In this document: piece after piece, positions 6,378 to 13,985 of the stretch
How the letters are laid out: each line of letters begins with the position of its first letter
Position numbering within the stretch: position 1 is the stretch's first letter
From: Aquificaceae bacterium
GTDB lineage: Bacteria; Aquificota; Aquificia; Aquificales; Aquificaceae
Assembly (NCBI GenBank): GCA_037924335.1
Contig: JAXSMZ010000032.1
Span: 1 to 13,985 of the forward strand
DNA length: 13,985 nt
Direction of reading: 5' to 3'
Notes under the pieces: model-generated
What the model was told of the DNA's origin: nothing
Databases searched by the model: none
The model's input: only the letters and a program-made list of their open reading frames with translations
Translations under genes and position numbers: made by a program

Positions 6378-7828
6378 AGCTTCCTCCACCTAGTCCCAGC
6401 CGGTGTATCTTCAAGTACTATACCCAGCTCTGAGAGCTTATCCCTAATGTAATCGGCTATCTTGAAAGCTTTTTCCATCCTTGTCATGTTTCTCACTTCC
6501 AACAATAGGTTTATGAGGTTTTCGTCAATTTCCTTAGCTTCGGCACGCACCACCTCACGCTTGGGGTGTAAGACCTCAAAGAGGCCAAACATGCCTCTCA
6601 TGTGCTTTATGATGGATTGGGTTGCAAACTCATAAGCTGATAAATCCTGCCTGCTTATTTTACCTTCGGATAGGGCAAGGTTTTTTATTTTGCCAAGTTC
6701 ACCCACAAGGCTAAATATACGTGAAAGGGCCGATGGTGTGTTAAAGTCATCACTTAGGTCCTCAAAGAAGGCTTCTTCAACCTCTTTTACTCTCTCGTAG
6801 AGCTGGCTAGTGCCTTTACTATCTGTTATACTGAGTTTCTTAAGCGTTTCAAGGTATTCCAAAGCTCCCTTAATTCTCTCATAAGCCCTCTTTGTTTCCT
6901 CCATCTTCTCCCAAGAGAAATCTAAAGGACTCCTGTAATGAGTAAACAGAACCAAAAGCCTGAGAATATCTGGATGGTACTTGGTATAAACCTCCTTAAG
7001 TGTTATGTAATTTCCCAAGGATTTGGACATCTTTTGACCACCTACTGTAACAAGGCCATTGTGCATCCAATACCTAGCAAAGGGCTTGCCAGTTAGAGCT
7101 TCGGCTTGAGCTATCTCGTTTTCGTGATGGGGGAAAAGTAGGTCAAGGCCTCCACCGTGTATGTCTATCGTCTCACCAAGATGCTTGAATATCATAGCAA
7201 CGCACTCTGTATGCCACCCTGGCCTCCCCTTCCCCCATGGGCTATCCCAAGCTGGTTCTCCAGCCTTTGCAGACTTCCAAAGGGCAAAGTCCAAAGGGTC
7301 TCTCTTCTTCTCAGATGGCTCAACCCTTGCCCCGACTTCCATCTCTTCAACGCTCCTTTTGGAGAGCTTTCCATACTCTGGAAAGGACTTGACAGAAAAG
7401 TAAACGTCACCCCCAGATTCGTAAGCAACCCCCTTTTCTATGAGCCCCCTTATAACTTGTATTATCTCGCTTATGTGCTCAGTTACCCTTGGCTCCACAT
7501 CTGCAGGCTTTACGTTTATGTTTTCCATGTCTATGTAATAGCTTGCTATGTATCTGTTGGCTATTGTCATAAAATCCGTGTTCTCTTCCTTTGCTCTGTT
7601 TATGATCTTATCGTCCACATCAGTAAAGTTCCTTACGAACTTAACCTGGTAGCCTAAATGTTCCAAGTACCTCCTGAATGTATCAAAGACTATAAGGCTC
7701 CTACCATGGCCTACATGGGAATCGTCGTAGGTTGTTACACCGCAAGTGTATATGAGAACGTTGGGTGGATTTATGGGAACGAACTCCTCAAGCCTACCGC
7801 TGAGTATGTTATATATTCTCAAGCTCAT
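6374..7828 (-). CDS. cysS: Cysteine--tRNA ligase
   Basis: [73 protein letters not shown]...GI.LED. Confidence 0.98.
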   Translation of the reverse strand: MSLRIYNILSGRLEEFVPINPPNVLIYTCGVTTYDDSHVGHGRSLIVFDTFRRYLEHLGYQVKFVRNFTDVDDKIINRAKEENTDFMTIANRYIASYYIDMENINVKPADVEPRVTEHISEIIQVIRGLIEKGVAYESGGDVYFSVKSFPEYGKLSKRSVEEMEVGARVEPSEKKRDPLDFALWKSAKAGEPAWDSPWGKGRPGWHTECVAMIFKHLGETIDIHGGGLDLLFPHHENEIAQAEALTGKPFARYWMHNGLVTVGGQKMSKSLGNYITLKEVYTKYHPDILRLLVLFTHYRSPLDFSWEKMEETKRAYERIKGALEYLETLKKLSITDSKGTSQLYERVKEVEEAFFEDLSDDFNTPSALSRIFSLVGELGKIKNLALSEGKISRQDLSAYEFATQSIIKHMRGMFGLFEVLHPKREVVRAEAKEIDENLINLLLEVRNMTRMEKAFKIADYIRDKLSELGIVLEDTPAGTRWRKL

Positions 7829-7867
7829 TTAGTATATTCTAATCCAAATTGAGTTAATATATATACG
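7829..7867. promoter_or_regulatory. Compact divergent (bidirectional) leaderless promoter region for cysS and gatB
   Basis: 39-bp intergenic region. Minus TAGAAT (7841-7836) is 7 nt before the cysS ATG; plus TAATAT (7855-7860) is 7 nt before the gatB ATG. Neither gene has an SD. Confidence 0.6.
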
Positions 7868-9283
7868 ATGGAATTTGAACCAGTCATAGGTCTTGAGATA
7901 CACGTGCAGATGGATACTAAAACAAAGATGTTCTGCTCATGCCCTGTGGGATTTGGAGCAGAGCCAAATACAAAGACTTGTCCTGTATGCCTCGCATTAC
8001 CAGGTAGCCTTCCCGTGATAAATAAAAGAGCTGTGGAGTATGCCATAAGAGCAGCTTTGGCCCTTAACTGTGAAATAAAGGAAAGGTCCATCCTTGCAAG
8101 AAAGAACTACTTTTATCCAGACCTTCCTAAGGGTTATCAGATATCTCAGTACGAAGAACCGCTGGCAGTCAATGGATGGATAGAGATAGAAGGTAAAAGG
8201 ATAAGGATAAGAAGGCTACACATAGAAGAGGATGCTGGGAAAAGTATACACGAGGGTGACAAAACTTACATAGACCTAAATAGGGCAGGGACTCCACTTA
8301 TGGAGATAGTAACAGAGCCAGACATAAACTCCTCTGAGATGGCAAAGCTTTTCTTGGAAGAGCTTAGAAACATCATGAGATACACAGGGGTATCAAAGGC
8401 AGATATGGAGAAGGGACAGCTAAGGTGTGATATAAACGTATCCATAAGGCCAAAAGGGTCAGACCAGCTTGGTACAAGGGTTGAGATAAAAAACGTAAAC
8501 TCCTTTAGGTTTGTACAGAAGGCTATAGACAGCGAGGTAGAAAGACAGATAGAGATCATCATGTCTGGGAATGCGGTAAAACAGGAGACAAGGACCTTTG
8601 ACCCAGCTATAGGCATCACACACCCCATGAGAACAAAGGAAGAAGCTGAAGATTACAGGTACTTTCCAGACCCTGACCTTCTTCCTCTCTTTGTCAGTGA
8701 GGATTGGGTTGATGAGATAAAAAGAAGCATGCCAGAGCTTCCATACCAAAGAAGAGAGAGGTTTGTAAAAGTTTACGGTCTTACACCTTACGAGTCCAAA
8801 GTCATGACAGACATGAAAGAGGTCGGTGACTTCTTCGAAAGGGCTGTAAGACATTACAGCGAGCCCAAGCTCATAGCAAATTGGCTACTAAACGACCTTA
8901 TGGGGTCCTTAAACGAAAGGCACATCAGCATAGAGAGTTCGCCAGTCTTGCCCGAATCTCTGGCAAGGCTTGTGAAGCTGATAAGGGAAGGTGTCTTATC
9001 TTCAAAGCTTGCAAAGGAAGTTTTAAAGCTCATGGTAGAAACATCAAAGGACCCAGAGGTCATCGTAGAGGAAAGAGGTCTAAGGCAGGTGAGCGACGAA
9101 GAAAGCATAAGGAAGCTCGTTGAAGATGTTCTTAGCAAGCATTCCAACGAAGTAGAAAGGTACAGAAAGGGAGAAGAAAAGCTGATTGGCTTCCTTGTGG
9201 GTCAGGTTATGAAGGAAGCAAGGGGAAGGGCAAACCCACAGGTGGTAAACAGAATGATAAAAGAGTTGGTAAAAAGTCAGTAG
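7868..9283 (+). CDS. gatB: Asp-tRNA(Asn)/Glu-tRNA(Gln) amidotransferase subunit B
   Basis: [86 protein letters not shown], and C-terminal GF.VGQVMK...G.ANP. Confidence 0.98.
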   Translation: MEFEPVIGLEIHVQMDTKTKMFCSCPVGFGAEPNTKTCPVCLALPGSLPVINKRAVEYAIRAALALNCEIKERSILARKNYFYPDLPKGYQISQYEEPLAVNGWIEIEGKRIRIRRLHIEEDAGKSIHEGDKTYIDLNRAGTPLMEIVTEPDINSSEMAKLFLEELRNIMRYTGVSKADMEKGQLRCDINVSIRPKGSDQLGTRVEIKNVNSFRFVQKAIDSEVERQIEIIMSGNAVKQETRTFDPAIGITHPMRTKEEAEDYRYFPDPDLLPLFVSEDWVDEIKRSMPELPYQRRERFVKVYGLTPYESKVMTDMKEVGDFFERAVRHYSEPKLIANWLLNDLMGSLNERHISIESSPVLPESLARLVKLIREGVLSSKLAKEVLKLMVETSKDPEVIVEERGLRQVSDEESIRKLVEDVLSKHSNEVERYRKGEEKLIGFLVGQVMKEARGRANPQVVNRMIKELVKSQ

Positions 9284-9284
9284 T

Positions 9285-10658
<1,374 letters not shown>

Positions 10659-10698
10659 CTAATCGATGGTTTTATAAATATCTTCCTTCTTTTTGTGG

Positions 10699-10728
10699 TT
10701 GCAATATGATCTTTCACCAGTTTATAAT
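10699..10728 (+). promoter_or_regulatory. Putative sigma70 promoter for the M23-bactofilin pair
   Basis: TTGCAA (10699-10704), 18-nt spacer, TATAAT (10723-10728). SD AGGAGG at 10741-10746 precedes ATG 10755. Confidence 0.5.
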
Positions 10729-10754
10729 TTATCAAACTCCAGGAGGGCAAAACC

Positions 10755-11585
10755 ATGAAGGAGTATGTTAGCATTATAATAGCCTATCATGAAGGTAAGA
10801 CTCCAAAGACCCTTAGGGTAAAAAAATCCCACCTAAAAGCCTTTGCGGTTTCTGCTGTGAGCTTCCTCTCTTTATCCATCGCATCCTACACTCTCAACAT
10901 GACTCTACTGTCTGAAAAGGAAAAGCTTAAAGCAGAGGCAGAAAGGCTCCGGATGGAGAGGCATGAAACTTTAGCAGAGAAAGAGAGGTTAAAGCAAGAG
11001 AGGTTAGTTATAAGCAAGAAACTAAAAGCTTTAGAAAGCAAAATGGCAATGGTTGAGGACCATCTCGCAAAAAGAGGGATTATAAGAAAACCCTTGGCAG
11101 TTGGCGGAGCATCTTACAAGTTTGATTATCAGGACTTATCCCGTCTGGATTTCTTAAAAGAACGCAGCGACTATCTTCTGTCCAAAGTAAAGGGTACTCC
11201 CTTAGGATACCCTATCTACGGTAGGATAACATCCCATTTGGGCTGGAGGAAAAACCCATTTGGTAGGGGTTACGAGTTTCATTCGGGTATAGACATAGAA
11301 GCACCTTACGGGAGCAAGGTTGTAGCTACAGCCGATGGAGTGGTTGAGTCTGCCGGCTACTATAGGGACTACGGTAAGGCAGTCATAATCAAACATCCGT
11401 CTGGCTACTATACTCTCTACGGACACCTTTCTAACATATCAGTTGAAGTAGGACAGAATGTAAAGGCAGGTGATGTTATAGGTCGTGTTGGATCTACTGG
11501 AAGGTCTACGGGACCACACCTTCACTATGAAGTGCTTTTTGAGGGAAAGCTAAAAAATCCAATAGACTACTTGGTCTGGAGGTGA
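10755..11585 (+). CDS. M23 family peptidoglycan endopeptidase (TM + coiled coil + LytM domain)
   Basis: HSGID (HxxxD), YGHL, VG.TGRSTGPHLHYEV (HxH) zinc ligands are intact. TM segment at about residues 29-47, followed by an E/K/R-rich coiled coil. Confidence 0.93.
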   Translation: MKEYVSIIIAYHEGKTPKTLRVKKSHLKAFAVSAVSFLSLSIASYTLNMTLLSEKEKLKAEAERLRMERHETLAEKERLKQERLVISKKLKALESKMAMVEDHLAKRGIIRKPLAVGGASYKFDYQDLSRLDFLKERSDYLLSKVKGTPLGYPIYGRITSHLGWRKNPFGRGYEFHSGIDIEAPYGSKVVATADGVVESAGYYRDYGKAVIIKHPSGYYTLYGHLSNISVEVGQNVKAGDVIGRVGSTGRSTGPHLHYEVLFEGKLKNPIDYLVWR

Positions 11586-11588
11586 GGT

Positions 11589-11984
11589 ATGTTTGGAAAA
11601 AAGGAAGAAGTAAAGAGAACAAACCAAGATATTAAAACCCTCATAGGTGTTGGGTGTGTTTTTGAAGGAAATTTGACCACTTCAGAAGGACTAACGAGGA
11701 TAGATGGAGAGATTATTGGAAATGTGAGCGGTAATGGTGGGGTTATCCTTGGAGAGCGTGGAAGTATTAAAGGTAACGTAAGCCTTGAAGAGGTCATAGT
11801 GTACGGTAGAATAGAGGGAGATATAATAGCCAAAAGCGTGGAGCTAAAGTCCGGAAGCAGGGTGGATGGAAACATAAGAGCAGAAGAGCTTTTAATAGAA
11901 AAGGGGGCTGTATACAACGGAGTGTGTAGGATGGATCAGTCTTCCAGCGTGGATATGTCTCCAACGGGAAGTCCAAGCTCCTGA
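11589..11984 (+). CDS. Bactofilin (polymer-forming cytoskeletal protein, CcmA/BacA-like)
   Basis: N-terminal MFGKK membrane-targeting-type peptide, TLIG.G..FEGNL, RIDG.I.GNV, I.G...V.G.I.G.I.A..V.L.....V.GNI....L.IE.GA...G.C.M beta-helix pattern. SD overlaps the M23 stop. Confidence 0.92.
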   Translation: MFGKKEEVKRTNQDIKTLIGVGCVFEGNLTTSEGLTRIDGEIIGNVSGNGGVILGERGSIKGNVSLEEVIVYGRIEGDIIAKSVELKSGSRVDGNIRAEELLIEKGAVYNGVCRMDQSSSVDMSPTGSPSS

Positions 11985-13831
11985 GCCTTTAGAACTCTTC
12001 TCATTATCTTCCCGCTTCTTGTCTTTGGTAGCTTCTCTACAAACTCTATCTCGTCAGGTACAGCTATGGCACCTAGCACATGCCTTACGTGATGCTTTAT
12101 ATCCTCCTTGAGTTCATCCGATGGAACAGTTCCCTTTTTGAGTATAACAAAAGCCTTTATGGATTCACCCTTAATTTGGTGTGGCTTACCTATAACTGCA
12201 GCCTCTGCAACTGCCGAATGGTCTACCAGAGCACTTTCCACTTCCATTGTACCTATCCTATGACCCGCAACGTTGAGAACATCATCAGCCCTTCCAAGGA
12301 TCATGATGTATCCATCTTCATCGTAAGAAGCCAAGTCTCCCGTAAGATAATAACCAGGTATTGTGTTCCAATACTTTTCGTACCTTTCTGGTTCACCCCA
12401 GCATGTTCTAAGCATGGCAGGCCATGGAGTTTTTATGACAAGATTTCCTACGGTATTTGGGGGGAGTATGTTGCCGTTTCTGTCAACAACGAAAGCCTCT
12501 ATACCAAAGAGAGGTTTTCCAGCTTTACCGGGCTTTGCTGGGTAGGATGGTAGGGTTGTTATCATCTGCATGCCTGTTTCTGTCTGCCACCATGTGTCTA
12601 CTATTACGCATTTTTCCCTTCCTATGCTCTTAAAGTACCAAAGCCATGCCTCCGGATTTATAGGTTCACCAACGGAACCAAGTATTCTCAAAGAAGAAAG
12701 GTCATACTTGGATGGCCACTCTTCTCCATACCTCATGAACATTCTGATAGCAGTTGGTGCAGTGTAGAATATGTTGACCCTGTATTTTCCCACATAGCTC
12801 CACCACCTTCCAGGGTCTGGATAATCAGGTGCACCTTCAGCTATAACGGATGTAGTTCCTACTGCAAGAGGACCATAAACTATATAGCTATGGCCAGTAA
12901 CCCAGCCTATATCGGCAGTGCACCAGTAAATATCGTTTTCTTTTATATCAAAAACAACCTTCATTGTATAGTAGGTTCCCACCATATAGCCGCCCGTTGT
13001 GTGGAGTACGCCTTTTGGTTTTCCAGTTGTCCCAGATGTGTAGAGTATATAAAGGGGGTCTTCAGAGTCCATAACTTCCGGCTCACAACTGGGAGAGCTG
13101 GAGTCTACAAGATGATAAAGGTTTACAAAGCGTTTGTTCTCACCGTTTAAAACATCTCCATCCCTATCCCAAACTATTACCTTTTCAACAAACTCAAGAC
13201 CGTCAATGGCCCTTTGGACTGCTGCAAGAAGGTCTATCTTTTTCCCCCTTCTTTTTGTATAGCTGGTCGTTATTACAACCTTAGCCTTTGCATCCTCTAT
13301 TCTAAGCTTTAAAGCTCCTTCACTGAAACCGGCAAACACTACGCTATGTATGGCACCTATTCTGGCACATGCAAGCATACAGGCCACTGCCTCTATAGTG
13401 TTTGGCATATAGATACTCACCCTATCACCCTTTTTTACTCCAAGGGTTTTGAGTCCGTTGGCAATTCTGCTGACTAGCTCCAAAAGTTCACCATATGTTA
13501 TCTTCCTTTCTCTGTTTTCTTCATCTACCCATATGTACGCAAGCTTGTTCCTTCTACCTCCCTTTACATGCACATCAAGACAGTTATAAGTTATGTTTGT
13601 CTTTCCACCTACAAACCACTTAGCATAAGGATAATTCCACTCTAAAACCTTATCCCACTTTTGGAACCAATGAAGTTCCTGTGCAACTTTGCCCCAAAAA
13701 CCCTCTTTATCCCTTATGGATTCTTTATAGAGGCTTTCGTAATCTTTTACCCATGCAGATTCTACAACGGAAGCTGGTGGTATGTACTTTTCTTCCACCT
13801 TCAAGAGCACTTCAGACCTTTCTTCTATCAT
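11936..13831 (-). CDS. acs: Acetyl-CoA synthetase (acetate--CoA ligase, AMP-forming)
   Basis: LYTSGTTGKPKG AMP-binding loop, AD.GWVTGHSY..YGPL, GSVGEPINPEAW, DTWWQTETG, GR.DDV.NV.GHR.GT.E.ES and LPKTRSGKIMRR. SD-like GGGGG upstream. Confidence 0.96.
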   Translation of the reverse strand: MIEERSEVLLKVEEKYIPPASVVESAWVKDYESLYKESIRDKEGFWGKVAQELHWFQKWDKVLEWNYPYAKWFVGGKTNITYNCLDVHVKGGRRNKLAYIWVDEENRERKITYGELLELVSRIANGLKTLGVKKGDRVSIYMPNTIEAVACMLACARIGAIHSVVFAGFSEGALKLRIEDAKAKVVITTSYTKRRGKKIDLLAAVQRAIDGLEFVEKVIVWDRDGDVLNGENKRFVNLYHLVDSSSPSCEPEVMDSEDPLYILYTSGTTGKPKGVLHTTGGYMVGTYYTMKVVFDIKENDIYWCTADIGWVTGHSYIVYGPLAVGTTSVIAEGAPDYPDPGRWWSYVGKYRVNIFYTAPTAIRMFMRYGEEWPSKYDLSSLRILGSVGEPINPEAWLWYFKSIGREKCVIVDTWWQTETGMQMITTLPSYPAKPGKAGKPLFGIEAFVVDRNGNILPPNTVGNLVIKTPWPAMLRTCWGEPERYEKYWNTIPGYYLTGDLASYDEDGYIMILGRADDVLNVAGHRIGTMEVESALVDHSAVAEAAVIGKPHQIKGESIKAFVILKKGTVPSDELKEDIKHHVRHVLGAIAVPDEIEFVEKLPKTRSGKIMRRVLKAQELGLPVGDISTLED

Positions 13832-13865
13832 ATCTAACCCCCTTTAGCTTCTACGCATATACTGT

Positions 13866-13871
13866 ATTATA
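13866..13871 (-). promoter_or_regulatory. Possible -10 box (TATAAT) for acs
   Basis: TATAAT on the minus strand about 35 nt upstream of the acs ATG; no convincing -35 at canonical spacing. Confidence 0.35.
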
Positions 13872-13985
13872 ATCAAATAAGTCGGGTAAAAAATTCCTTT
13901 CTTTTAGGAACAAGCTCTACTCATAGTTCCTCATCCCATAGAAAAATATTCCACAGAATGAGGTTTCGCAGGCAAGGGGACTATA

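Noticed and set aside
13880..13985. Possible gene fragment at the right edge (plus ATG 13958 MRFRRQGDY..., or minus-strand C-termini)
   Set aside because: Too short, and no SD or motif distinguishes the alternatives.

Overview
A compact, housekeeping-dominated window. Citryl-CoA lyase, near-zero intergenic spacing and many gene overlaps point to an Aquificaceae-like (Hydrogenobacter/Thermocrinis/Aquifex-type) thermophile; this is an inference. Gene order: [5' end of an unknown gene, minus, runs off the left edge] - [~98-nt structured non-coding element] - ccl(-) - PpiD/SurA-like chaperone(-) - dksA-like(+) - PTPS/QueD-family(-) - membrane GGDEF(-) - 78-aa hypothetical(-) - PHP phosphoesterase(-) - trpS(-) - cysS(-) - gatB(+) - thiC(-) - M23 peptidase(+) - bactofilin(+) - acs(-). 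The most interesting unexplained signal is at 140-237: a self-closing, multi-hairpin element with a CRISPR-repeat-like end and a motif resembling IS200/IS605 ends. It lies directly upstream of a leaderless gene whose first 22 residues are compatible with, but do not prove, a TnpB/Cas12-like protein, making it a candidate RNA-guided or mobile system cut by the window edge. Other points of note: the 'QueD' carries the PTPS-III (E-x2-HGH) motif; the DksA has a Cys3His zinc site and an acidic tail; TrpRS has a ~70-aa insertion; leaderless promoters recur; and there is an M23-bactofilin cell-shape module. All calls come from reading motifs by eye; no searches or folding programs were run.
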